Positions 14,051-27,556 of a stretch of DNA of 64,000 bases are shown here, piece after piece (positions within the stretch are counted from its first letter, which is position 1; the number at the start of each line of letters is the position of its first letter). Position numbers and translations under genes: made by a program. The notes under the pieces are model-generated. The model saw nothing but the letters and a program-made list of their open reading frames with translations. It searched no databases and was not told the origin of the DNA. The stretch is from Antedon mediterranea. Taxonomy: Eukaryota; Animalia; Echinodermata. Location: positions 28,042,871-28,106,870 of the forward strand of contig NC_092676.1 of assembly GCF_964355755.1 (NCBI RefSeq), written 5' to 3'.

Positions 14051-16599
14051 TTAATCGAATTTTTTCCCCTAACATTATAGCTTATCTAAATAAATTATGG
14101 TATAACTATGAGTAAAGAATACTCCATGGTATAAGCTAGCCTATAATCATCCAACTGGATATATGCCTATTATATCGATCTTCTACCTAAATCATTAACT
14201 ACACAAATTTGAACCTCTTTACGGGCAATTATCTCCTTGTCAACATGCATCAAGTTATCCACCTTTGCGAAAAAACCACCAATTGAGTGGATTCTACGCA
14301 CCACGGGTACGAACAATCTATTTAGGGTTAATCATTGAGATATTGTAGTGAATAGGTTAATTATACTCAATGGTTTGCTTCATTCTCAGCGTAAGCAGGT
14401 CTATTAGGTTGATTGATTTAATTGGTATAAACACAGGGGCTAGGAAATATTATCACCAGCGAGTATTTCAAGTTAATAACAAGGAGTTTGCCTTTTCTTT
14501 TAGTTAAGTTCCAGCAGCTAAATTTAATTAATTCATTATTAGTTAATTTTAATAGGTGCTACAATATAGATGGATTTTGACAAACTTATTAGTTAAATAA
14601 AAACTGCAGCAACTTTAATCAAGTCTATGACAAATCCTAACTCAGTTTTAAGAATAAGACATCGAGCACACTAATCTATATAAAAGATAGGATTTGAATA
14701 AACTGTTGGTTATCAGGACAAAAATGACTGCATAACGGATTAATGTGTTTTCTTCTTTAAATCGAGATCAAACAATCCTAAATGAATATCTATTGTTTTA
14801 CATTAATTTAATGGTGTAATTATTTGTAGTAGCCTACTCACAAACATTTTCTTATATTTGATTTTTTAATATTGTTATTAAAAATACAAAGTGTAACAAT
14901 GACATTTAAGATAAAATACATTTAAATATTTCAGGATAATCCAAAAAAGCTTATAGGTTATTTCCATTGAAAATAATCCATTTTTTGTCTACTCAACAGA
15001 AATAACATAAACTGAATTTCATTTTTAGGATATTAATAGTATGTTTATTAATGATAGTATTACATTTTTTTTTTTAATTTTAATATTTACGAGTTTTATA
15101 ATTTTAGGTGAACCTCTGTTCATTGTCAACATGACGGTAACAACCCATTGAGGGCGCAGTCTTTCAAAAATATTTGACATACAAATTAGAAATACAAAAC
15201 GCTATTACTGTATTACGTCATTTGGTCAGGAACTGATATTTCGTTGTCTCATCAACTAAAATGTTGTTGTTCAATCTTTAGAAATAAAAACAAACCCAAC
15301 CTATCCTCTGTAGTTTTTTGTATTTAATTTGTTTGAAAAAAGGAAATTCTGTCTGAAGATGAGTGGAAACACTCAAAATATCAAGTCATGTTTTAGTAGA
15401 AGGTACTTTAATACGGGTATGTTAGGACAAGAAATTGCAATGGGAGGTGCTATCATAATATTAGTAGACTAGGCTATTGTCATCATCCTTGTTATGATAC
15501 AATGAAGAACCAACAAACATGTAAAAACAAAATGCATGATTTGTCAACTGTTGTTATTTCGTAATCATGAATAAATGTTTATTTTAGTGATGTTTTTGGG
15601 AAAGTAAAATGCTCCGAGGTACGTTCAGAAGTGCATCTGAAAGGTCACCTGAAAGGGAAACCTCTACAAACTGGTAACACAAGATGGCCACCTAGCAACT
15701 AACACAACAACAGTAGGAAATATTCAAAGTATCATACTGGTTTTATCGGTGAAATGTAGAACAGAAGAAAAAGCATGTTATTTCAGAACTTTAGAGACTT
15801 GCTACCATGCACAGATTGACAATAAAAACACTTGTCGTTCACTAGTTTGGTTTACCAGTCGATTTCTTGAACCAAGAAATGAAGATGCATCAATAAGGAG
15901 ATGAAAATGTTAAGGTTTCCATTTTGTTGGTGTATTCCAGATGCCGAAACAATAAAGCCCATTGGTGCGTCACGGATGAGCGATGATGATAATGAAATTG
16001 AAATAAATAATATAATGAAATAATAATTGAAAATGATGATGAGATTGATGATGACCAATAATGATATTGATTACCGTTGTTGTCTATGACAAACATTAAT
16101 GATTAATGATAATGACTTTGTTCTTGTTTTAAATGCAGTGTTTCAAGAGCATAGGCATAAGTCTGTTTGTCTGTTATTTCGACTGCATTCCACTTTTTTG
16201 AGTTGTCATTTATACTTAATCATGTAGAAGAACTTAGCTTAAAACTGAGGTCGGATTAGTTATGGTCAGATAAATTGACATGACGCAAAATCATTTCCAA
16301 AACATTAACTTTTTTATGTTATTCGCACGGTATAATTCTGTACGATTAGATTATTAGAAAATGGAAGATACTGTAGTATGCAAATATGTAGTTTTATGAT
16401 TAATATGCTGAATTAGTCCATTTTAAACGATTATTCTATCTGTTTTTCTCATTCTTTTTTTTAATCTGTCCGCGACAATAGTTTTTTTTAATGATTTTTC
16501 TGGTTTGTTTTCTATTTAAAAAAAATCATAATTTTGATAACTATTCAACGTCAAATATGGATTGTATCTGTAATTTCACCTTAAAAGGTGTACCCATCG

Positions 16600-18650
16600 A
16601 TGATTGACACAACTGTACTCGTCTGACTGATGTTACAAGGTCAGCTGTCAATTCGGCCCTAACCAAATCACCTGTCAACCAAAAATCATATTTTCAAATA
16701 AACTTCAAGTTCCCTCCATAATAATATTTATTAATAGTCCGATTTGTCTGACTATTTTAATGTAATATAATTTATACCACCTTCCCCGTGTTATTAAACC
16801 GTCAGTATTGGTATATACGATAGTTTGTATAGTACCGTATAGTATAATACATGTGTTCGACAAATTCAAGGTCACGTCAGAAGTGAAAGGGTCATTCAAT
16901 CAATGTCAGGTGTCATCAACGGTACACGTGACACCTGAGATTGATAGCGGTCTTTTATGCTCCGGTTTGTATGGTAAATCAAGTAGGCCTACACATGAAA
17001 AAAAGAGAACAAAATCAACAGAAATGAATTTTTTCTGTGCTAGGTTGGGAAACGTCCAATACAGGGGAAATAAATGTCCAGGGGAAAATACTGAAGGGAA
17101 AAATGTCCAAGACGGAAATATTGAGGTAAAATGACCAAAAGGCTAGATTATAGATCCAAACTATTACCGTAATATCATTACCTAATAGGCCTATACTATA
17201 AATAATAAAGGAAAATATTTAATTAGGCCTAAAGTGGTTTATAATAATCATCCTCTCGTCTTATCCATCTTTTGTGTATAATGTAAAGAGTGAGAGGTTT
17301 TGATGACACGATCTACAAAACTAACATAGAAGTCTTTTGATATAAAAAAAAATCACATTTTCAATTTACGGGCAATTAATACCCATTGTACTAATCTACC
17401 GATTACCAAGATGCTGAAATTGATACCGAGGGAATTTTGCAAGTTAAAAACATTTAACCGCTTCGGCATTCATGATTCAACATTCTGTCGCACTTTAAAA
17501 AAAAATGACTTTGACCTGAGACAAGGTCAAGGTCGCGCATGCGTCAAGGGACCGCGAATTTTGCCATGCGATTTTCCATTACCAGGCAATAATTACCGAT
17601 CCATTCCGCCGATAGCAATACGTCGTCGTCGAGTATACGTTGAGTTTGTCTTGATATCAATGATAACGTCCCGTGAATAGATTTTCACATTAGGGAATAT
17701 TTCAAAGCAGCTGCCACGATGCACTTTCGTACGCCATAAGCTGACCCTAGCGATGACTTTATAATCAAACAAAAACATGATAAGGCACGAAACGAGACGT
17801 AATATCGTTAAGTAGCGCGTAGTGGCCCGCTGAAAGTACACTCACGTGGCTCAGCGTAAATGGTATGTAAATATAAACACACGAGTAATTGCAAAGGTAT
17901 AAAAATAATAACATTTAAACATTAATAATATTTCTGGAAGTATTCAATCTCAGACCTCGTCTATATTTCGGGAAATGGAATTCAAATTGCAGTGATTTGA
18001 AAGAATGTCTTAGTTCTGCAGAATTGTCATGTGAAATATTACAATCTCATTTATTCATTATGGATTAACATGGGTGTTGCGTAATAGAAATAGTGATATA
18101 TATCCCCAGCATCCAACCCCCTCATCCAACCCCCTCATCCAACCCCCTCCTCCATCCCATCAATAATCACAACACTTACTTGTTTAATATTGATTGCCAA
18201 CACTTCCCCATCCGTAATGTGTCTTGTAAAGAGGGTGGTATGGAATGTGGTCTGTTGGTAAAAATAAAAATCTTAATTGCATCTTTGGTATCGTTTTGAA
18301 CATTTTTTATACTTAAATCTTAGCCTATAATGTGAAATCTAGTTCCATGAAAGTGGAACCGCTAATTAGCCTATTTCACGAGAAAGGTTTTAAGCGAGGC
18401 GCGTTTCAAAGAATAGATTATGAAAACCGTTAAAGGGACACGGTATTCTCAATCAGTTTGCCGATATCAATGAAAACACTATTAATTTACGTATTTCATT
18501 GGTTCTGCATTGTCGGTCAGTAACTACGCACAAACAGCAAATATTTTCACACGCGCGTGTCATGACGTCACGTCTACGCGTACTCTGTGTGCGCATTTTA
18601 AGCCGTCACATGGCACGCCTACCTTAACACAGGTCGGGTGTACTTTTAAA
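16600..18650. promoter_or_regulatory. CpG-rich cis-regulatory cluster upstream of the eh1 gene
   Basis: CAAGGTCA nuclear-receptor sites (~16636, 16867, 17522), NRF1-like GCGCATGCG (17535), CRE TGACGTCA (18563), E-boxes and CCAAT. No credible protein is encoded. Confidence 0.45.
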
Positions 18651-21650
18651 CAATGTTTTTACACAGTAATTTCTGAATATATTGCAGTTTTCAACACTTG
18701 AACATAAATATATCGGCTTCGTTTCCTAATTGATCAAACACATCCGACACACAATTGGAATATTGTGCCGTGTTAACATTTCAGAATGCCTTGTTTCTCT
18801 CAGGGTTATTGTAAATGTTTAAAAGATAACACTGGATCCAATGTAGATCTGGGCCATGAATGTTAGAGTAACCTGGGGATAAATATGGCGTTGGAGCCTG
18901 TACGGATTACTCATCTAGGACTAGTACAGTTTTAGACGAGACCCAGTACTTTGTGGCTGTTTGATGTACCCGTACCCTTTGGCTTGGCCCTTTATTGGTT
19001 AAAAGGATACAATATAGTACTATATGTATGTGTGGCAGAAACATTTCCTTCGGCCTATAGCTAAAATGTAAAATAATAGTTTGTTCTAACGAATTTATGA
19101 AAAAAAACAGGAACTCTCATACCGGTGTTGCTTCTGTTTGTATACTATTAAACATTGTAAATGTAAAAAAAAGCCAAAAAGTACAATATGTTGTACTCTG
19201 TAGAATCCGCATTAAATTGGAATGTCATTCAATTTAAATTACACAATTTAAACTGCAAAATAAAGACACTGAGCATCATCCATACGTAACCATTCGTGTA
19301 CGTTTAGGAATTATGGAAGCGTAACATTTAAAACGTGCGCGCTTCTAACAAGCAATGTGTATTAGTCCAAGGTTCTAAGATGTTAACAATTCCATTCCAT
19401 TATATTTCAATTATTTCATCAATGTGAGTGTGCAATATTATATTATTGTTGATGTTTGAACTTTTGATTTATGCGTGGACATGAACTTGAAAATGTATAA
19501 TTCGATTTAAATATACAGTGAGGTAAGAATTGAATAGCGTAGTAAATAATATTATTTATTTGGCATGTTATATTAAGCACACGATATCGTACCAGGAGCA
19601 AGCAATAGGCGTAGGCCTGAACAGAATTAACTGCTCTTTGCTCCAACACAACGGTAGCGCTTAGGCTATACAAAGAAACCGATGATGCAGAGTTGCAATC
19701 ATTTTAGTATTATAATAAAACAAAATAATTTAATATATAAACATATTTGAAAACTACAGTGCTTCAGGAAGACATTATTTTCAAATATTTATTCAGTTTA
19801 ACAATTATATTGTTAAAATTATAGTTATACAAGGCAATATGGAAAATATTACGTTGATAGAACTATTGCGCAAAAGCGTACAAAACAAAAAGGAATCTAA
19901 ATTGTGATATCATTCTACTAGCCATCTGGATTATAATTACAATATTATACTTAAAGAGGAAAACAGCGAATACTCATCCCAAGACAGCAGCTAATAAACA
20001 ACTGTCGGAGGGATAGTTAAAGTTGGACACCTTTTGGAACGGGCTAAATTACTCAACGGACCTTTCATTAAATATTATTCGGCAACTGTTACAATTATTT
20101 GGTCTCTCAAAAAGCCATGCGAGTCAAAAATTACATCTTGGTAAATTGCCCTGCTAATAATTCAGACATCGCCTAGGAATTCCTCAAGCACACTCAGCGA
20201 TATAGTCTGTAACATTTTAATACTGTAATAAGTAATCATATTTATTAGCGTAATTGTACAAGGGTAGTTGAGAAGGATCTAGGCCCCTAGTGCAACCCAA
20301 TTAAGGTCTCTACTGGCCATCTAGCGCCTGCTGTTAGCCCGCAGATCAGATGTGAAAATTTAATCAAAATATCTCCCCTTGACGCACATTCCTAGGCTAT
20401 CTCGCGACGCATGGTGCGTTTTGTGTGACGACGCTACAGCCTTCCGTGCACACACACTAGAATACCAGTGTAATACAAAAACAAGTTTTGAACACCAATA
20501 TACAAAAAAACAAAATTACACCTAAATACAATTTGCATATTTCTATACTTTTTTCACGGGATATTGATACGGTAATCCGGTTGTGCGAATAAACTGTAGT
20601 CTCTTCATTTTATAATTTGTTTCTCCAAAGGATAGAGTACAAAAAACATACTCGACGTTTAGAATAGATTTAGTAGAAAATAAGAACATGGCTTAAGTTA
20701 TAAAGATATTTAAATTTAGAAGCATATAGGCCTACCAACTTTTCAATGTGGCGTTATTTTTTTTTTATAATATTGGGAACACAGGCCACGTGTTTAGTAA
20801 ACGAGTTATAAAATACCACGAAATAACATCTTAAAAACAAACTCAACACTTTAATTCTCACTGTTAGAAAGTATTTACTTAATTTCTATGACAAAACTTT
20901 ACGTCAACAAAGTTTAACACTAAATGAAACAATAGAGGGCGCTGTTAACATTATGAAACGTTTATACAGTACAGTACCTAAAGTGAATGACGTAATATTG
21001 GACTTTTATTATTTTTGATTTCTTCATTATCCTTATTTAATCCTAATTAGTGCTTTATTATTTCATGATTCTATTGTAAACAAATTAAATCAAAATAGTA
21101 AAACATGATTTTTCCATGATTACATTTGGTGTAAAAGGAATATAGTTATCACAGTTTGTAGTTATTTGTGTGACAAAAATGACTAACTACATTTAGATTT
21201 AAACCATTTTCGTTTTGGGACTTTTTTCATTTTCATTTTTCTTTGAAGCATCTCATTATTTTTTGGTCTAAATAAAAACAAACGCACCTTACAAAACTTA
21301 CAAAATGTGATGTTACTTTCAAAGTAATATAGAACTTTACCATTTAGTTTACCCTCAATTACACACTATTTTACAGACAGCTGTATATGCATTTCAACTG
21401 TTTAAATGCATATGCAATACATGGTCACTGGTCTCTGCATGTTCAAGTTCAAGTTCAATTCACATTTATGTTTTCATAGCCTTCTTTTTTTTCTAGTTTA
21501 GTACATCTTTTAAAAATAAATAACCAAAAAATATAAAAGTTCTTATGCTTTATACTGAGTTTTACAAATGTTAAACTTTCACAAACATTTTAATAAATTG
21601 GTATCCTATGGTACTTCTTGGTTCCCAAAATTTCAAAACTTTGTTAATAT

Positions 21651-24600
21651 TTAGATCTGAACTTCTACCCTGCAAATTGGACAGGCAGGATTTTTCTGTT
21701 GAAAAAAAAAATTAGAAGTTAAGATTACAAAGTAGACACTCTGCAAACTGAAAACTCTTCAAAAATCATACCTTTTTTGAGACACTTGGAATACCAGAAA
21801 TTCAAGAAGAGTGTTCGTTATTGGGAGAGTTGACTGTATAATATTAAACATAAAGCTCTGTCTACACTATCAACTACTTTACCAAATATGGTAGTGATAT
21901 ACCTAAATATGCTAGTGCTATGACATCATCACATAAAGTTTGATAGTGTAGACAGAGCTTAAGACATGAACAAAATAAGGAAGACGAGACAAGCAGAATG
22001 AAAAAATGTCAGATAATAATGAATGAACAAAAACAATATATTTACCTCTAGAGTATTACTATAAAAATATTGTATTGATTTTATTAGAAATAAATATTTC
22101 AAACTCACCACTAGCCATTGGTCAACACACGTATCGTGGTAGTCATGGAAACACGGTAGCTTACGTAGATTATCGCCCGTCTCGTAGTCAGCCATGCATA
22201 TACTACAGGCTTTGTTTTGTATCTTACAGTCAGGTGTGTATATAAACGTGGGTAGCTGGCTAATCTCTATAGCGCTTAATCCCTTCTCAATGGCAGGGCC
22301 TAGTCTTTCAGCTAGTGCCATCAATGTCTACAATTTAAATTAGTCTTTTTAAATTGCACTCCATTACTATTTTCAACTTCATTACATAGTTTATACTATT
22401 ATAATACATGCACCCGATTCCCAGTGCTGTATCTCCACATACTCTCTTTTTCTGAAGTATCATTGGAATATTTGGTAATACAGCATATCATTTATATCAC
22501 ATGTGGTGCCTGTATCATGTAAGGTTAACGGTTAGGCTACTAATAAGATACATGTAAATACATGTGATGTTGTATTACCAAATGTCCCTATCATACTTCG
22601 GAAATAGATACAATACCGAGAATCGGCTGATACATCGGCGCATTTGTTTATACAAAATAAAATCCTCATTTTTAAAAAAATCTCTACCTTCCTAGAAATT
22701 AAGTGTAAGGATGCAATATTTGTGAATCTGTACAAATATGACCCAGACACCTTAATAAGGATGTGCTCAGTTTTGTCTAGAGATAAATAAGACTTCTGTA
22801 ACTAATCAAATAAACACACAGGGCGTTGCCATCTTAGAGCATGTCAGTAAACCTTTGGCTGAGCCCTCTAGAGATACTCTAAATCAACTTCTGTAAAGCT
22901 CTGTTTACACTATCAAACTTTATGTGACAACAAAATGTGATGTCATATCACTAACATGTTTGGGCACATCACAGTTTTTTGTTTGTTTTGTCAAACTAGT
23001 TTGATAGTGTAGACAGAGCTTAGAGTAAAGTGAGATTAAATAGAGTAAATATACCTCATAGTTATTGCCATCGTCATTTTCATCTTCTACAAATCTATGA
23101 TGATGATGATGATGATGGTCTTGTCTTCTCCTTCTGCCTCTTGGTCGCCGTGGTGGTGTTGGCGTATTTATCTGCAAGAAAAAGGAAAAAAATGGAAAAA
23201 CAAACTTATGATAGTAAGTTGTCAACTTCCAAAATTACGTGTTGATTACTAGTTTAGTTGAGCTACTTTCAGCTGGGGTTGAGATACAGATTCAGTTCAT
23301 AGATTTGTATTAATTTGTAACATAAATCAATAAATAATAAATGAATTCATTTTTTCCAAACAATAGCAAAAGCCAGACAGCAAACATTTAAGTAATTGCG
23401 ACATCAGTTGACAAATTAAAAAAATTGTTTTATATACCAAGTTGGACATTTTCAGAAAATAGACAAATTATTGATACTTCAGAATATATCATGTCAAAGA
23501 TTGAAAATGCATATTTTATGTTACAGACATTATACTTAAATATTGACTATATTTTTATACAAAAAACCCAAACAATTTTAGTTAGATATGTTATTAGATG
23601 TACGTTTTACGATTTGTGAAGGGTTTTAGAAAATTTCCTTTATAGACAAAACAAATACATCTGTAATCTAGTTTCAGTACTATAAACATATCATGGTTAT
23701 TTCTTGTTTTCTATTTAAATAAATTGACATTAATCAATTTACTTTATTTTGACATAGAAATAAATTTGATTTCAGGCCATATGACTCGGCTATGCCGGCA
23801 ATCGGGTCCCACAATGACTCGTGAGTCTCGGTCAAGGCCGAAGAGTAACGTCACCTGACGGAAAAATGTCAGGTGACAGATTCAGAATTTTATCACATGA
23901 CTCATAATATTATGTTAAACATTGGCATAAGTCAGGGGCTAATAACATAATGTAAAACAGCTATGTTTGTGTATGTCGTAGGAAGGGACAGATGCGCGGA
24001 ATTAAAAGATCTGTAGGCCTTGACGCATTAAATAGTAATTTCATAACATGTAACAATTTGTCCTTCTTAATAGGGTTATGTTTGTATCACCATGTACAAG
24101 CAGATAATTGTTGTGAAAATTAAAAATGAGATGTTCCCTGTGACAACATGTTAAACAAATCCGGCCTACTAATAATATCTGTGTCAGTTTGTATAAAATG
24201 TAAAAAATAGGGATAGGTTGAATTATCATGTATGAAAAAGGACGTTATAGAAGAAATAGGGACACAGAGACAGAATAAGTATATCGTGGTGCTCAAAATA
24301 AACTACATAGAATTAAGAATGTGATTAACCAGTCTAAAATTTAAAATAATTTATAATATTAAATATAATAGCCAATACACTATTTTTTACTTTTGACTCT
24401 GACTACAGTACTACTTAAATTTTACAAAATGGTTACAAAATGAGAACTGAAACCAGCAAAAACCTCAATAATATCAGGAATAAATTAACACCTTGGTTAA
24501 AAACCCAAAATCAATTATTGAAATTACCCTTACTTTAATAAAAGAGGTCTTTAATTGTGTGGACAAAGGCTGTGCATTAAGCTCTGTCTACACTATCAAA

Positions 24601-26454
24601 CTTTATGTGACAACAAAATGTGATGTGCCCATATATGGACATGATGATGTCATAACTACCATCACATCACATTTTTGTAGTTTGAAAGTGTAGACAGAGC
24701 TTTACAATATTAAAGTTTAAAAACAATACAGGTATTACTAATCATACTTACCATGTTTAAGTAATTTTCTAAAAATGGTTGAATCATGTTAAAGTCATCA
24801 AATGTTGGGCCAGTATTAAGGTGGACTGGGGACCACGTACCGGCCCCATAAGCGGTAGCTTGAGTAGGCTGCAGTATAGGGTATCTTTGGTTTCTAGGCG
24901 TTGGTCTGTGTATATAATGCTGCTGTGGTTCAAATCTTGGTAGAATTGGTTGTTCTTGAGGTATTGGTGCTAGGCTGTTGGCAATTTCTTCTGCATCAAA
25001 TTCTTCCTACAAAATAAAGTATCTTTACAATTATTTTTAAACCTGGGAAATTATTTTGCTACTACCTCATGGGCTCAGCAGAAAGTCTCTCTGAAACACT
25101 TTTTGTACGTATCAAAGAGGTTTACAAACACAACTAAATTCATTTAATTATGAACTTTAGAGACGGATACTAGTAGGTATGTAGAGAGAGGAACTAGCTG
25201 TCACAATGGCAGATAGAAAGTTATGGAGGAATCTAGTTTATATAAGTTTGGGTGTGTCCCGGACCAAGTAAGTAATTATACCTGTAATCGCTTAGCCATC
25301 ATCTCGTCATCTTCCAGTTGCTTTACCAGTACCATGGTTGCTGGAGAAGCAGGCCGTCCAAATGCACTCATCGGCGATGCCATCACTAATGGTGACGGTA
25401 TTGGTTGAGGAAGTTGTTTGGACCTCTTAGAGCGTCTACTATGAGACGAACCACGCTTGTGTGGTTTTCGTTTTTTAGGATTATCAACATGTTCACAAAT
25501 CTCAATGACGTCATCTTCTGAACTCGATTCAATTCTCTGTGAAGAAACTAATCTTTTTGGAAGATGGATTTCTTCTTCTTTATCCTTAGTGTCAATATGC
25601 TGCCTTTTGTGCCCACTTTTTATCTTATTTTTTCTACCATGTTTTGTAAATACAGGTGATGTAGACTTTTCGTCATCCTCCACTTTGCATTTTTCTTTCT
25701 CCTCCACTTTTTTACGACCCCGATGATGATCATTAACACTATGAAAAACATTTTTACGTTTGTCTTCTTTTTTTGCATTATTTTTTTTTCTTTCCCTTTT
25801 AGAAAATACTGGAGATTTGCTTGCAGCGTTCACAGTTGTATTACTGTTATTTTCTTTTTCATATTTTTGTGAAAGCCAGACATTCAAAGCATCTAAGGCT
25901 TCATCGCTAGGTATATTTGATCGTCTGCATTTGTCTGGTTCTGTTTCATTTTTAGATTTCTTCTTTCCATTTTTTAATTTAACTTTTTGTGTTAATCTCT
26001 GTGCCAATGGCATTTCTAAGTACACAGTGGCATCATCCTCATTATTGTCATTTGACTCCAGTTCTTTACCATTATTCAATTCCATTTTTGAATGTTTGGA
26101 AAAATCAAGATAAATTCCCTGCAACAAGAAGTGAAAAGATAATATTTTAGAAACAAGAAGTAGGCCTAGCCTCTAATAAGATAGGCCTAACTAAAATTGA
26201 AACAACAAATAAAAAAAAGTATTTCTTTTAATTTTTTATGAATTTTATTTATAGATTGTTATTAAAAGTAAAGTATAGGCCAATGATATATTATTATGGC
26301 CCACACCGACCATAATAATAATATAGAGCTAGGCCTAGGCTACACAATACCTAGTCAAGACTTGAATTCCCGTGCAGCCGGCCATCGGTGGGTCAAATAC
26401 TCTCCTTTTTTAGGAAATGATTTGGCCTTGGCCTAGCTAGCCTACCCTTACCAT
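21651..26454 (-). CDS. RING-H2 E3 ubiquitin ligase, RNF38/RNF44/RNF111-like, ~491 aa, 6 coding exons
   Basis: Exons 26454-26452 (ATG|GTAAGG), 26118-25282, 25006-24752, 23171-23055, 22327-22109 and 21695-21651 are all GT-AG and phase 0. The C-terminus NYETLMALAERLG...CSICMADYETGDNLRKLPCFHDYHDTCVDQWLVKNPACPICRVEVQI* is a C3H2C3 RING preceded by the YExLxxLxERLG motif. The N-terminus is Lys-rich and there is a His run. Confidence 0.9.
21854..21959. mobile_element. MITE family A (AGCTCTGTCTACACTATCAAAC TIR), PIF/Harbinger-type
   Basis: TIR pair with a TAA target duplication. Further copies at 22897-23020, 24580-24701, 29039-29180, 40299-40576 (composite), 42356-42492, 52226-52345 (truncated) and 53929-54061. 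Confidence 0.88.
24580..24701. mobile_element. MITE family A copy
   Basis: AGCTCTGTCTACACT...AGTGTAGACAGAGCT with a TTA/TTA target duplication. Confidence 0.88.
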
Positions 26455-27556
26455 CAACACCACTTTTAGTTATTTTATCTGTTGTTATATTGTATATCCA
26501 TTGCCTAATGTAATATAGGGTATACACTACTACTTTTATTATTAGTTAATAAGCCTTACTAATCATCTTATGTACAGCAATACAAGGATTTCACAGGAAA
26601 TATTATTGGCGGGATGGAAAATGATTTTTCCGAGCAAATGGCAAAATTCAGATTCAGACGGTACCATTATTAGTCAAGGTGAAAAAAATATCATTTATTA
26701 CAATACTGTACATAATTTAATGTAATAAAGTGATTATAGAATAAAAAACTAACCCAATAATTGTATAAATTATATTTATATATTCAATATTTAACTTACG
26801 CATTCTGAAAAATATTTGTTTTATAATATATTGAACAAATATCACTTTTCAAGAGTAGTAGAACTAAACTACTAAATACTGTAGGTCATGTCATGTCATC
26901 ACATGTCAAATGATCATCTTCGATTCGTGTATTTTTGATATTATTGCAGTTGAGTGTAGTGTCTTCTGAACGTTGTTTAAAGTTATAGTTATGACACTTA
27001 ATAAAAAATCATAGTCTTAGTCGATCTCATAAATTGTAGGTGTACTTGTTTATAAAATACATTCCGCCATGTATATTTTTGTACTGGACTTTAATGGTTT
27101 AAGGCTAGCCATACATAGCTGTGTAGTTAGCTAGGCCTGCTTACGTTAATAATAATACTACTACTACTAGGCCTAGGGCTACTACTAGACTACTATAAAC
27201 AGTACTAAACTAGCCTACTACTACTTACGAATCCTACTTACTAGGCCTAGCCTAACTTCTTTATATGACAAACTTGGGGCAGGTTTCGTGCCCTCTGTTT
27301 GGCCTTTTAGTGATGGAGGAGGTGTTCGATGCAGAACTCCATGCTGTGGCACACTAGGCCTAGCTAGTACAATAGCACTGTACTGTTATTAGAGTAGGTA
27401 TATAATTATTTAATTTAAATAAAATTAAAATGTTATATTTAAAATAACTTGATTATTTATTATTGTTTGTTGATAGGCCTAGATAGGACACATTAAATTT
27501 ATTGATTGAAGCTTCCAGTTTAAAACTTTGTCATTGTTTTCTTTCTTTACAGTAAA
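26455..27556. promoter_or_regulatory. Putative bidirectional promoter and 5' UTR region between the two RING genes
   Basis: Divergent ATGs are 1.1 kb apart. An E2F-like TTGGCGGGA lies at ~26606. Confidence 0.55.

Noticed and set aside
15359-15505. Short ORF with a hydrophobic tail interrupted by TAG
   Set aside because: No recognisable homology or splice support. It could be a pseudogene fragment but this cannot be supported.
18195-18262. miR-1 seed in an imperfect hairpin; also miR-124 (17781) and miR-141/200 (18827) seed matches
   Set aside because: Only 8-9 nt match, the remainder differs from the conserved mature sequences, and the stems are poor.
25457-26113. Plus-strand Phe/Ser/Leu-rich ORFs
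   Set aside because: Antisense shadows of the Lys/Glu-rich RING-gene exon.
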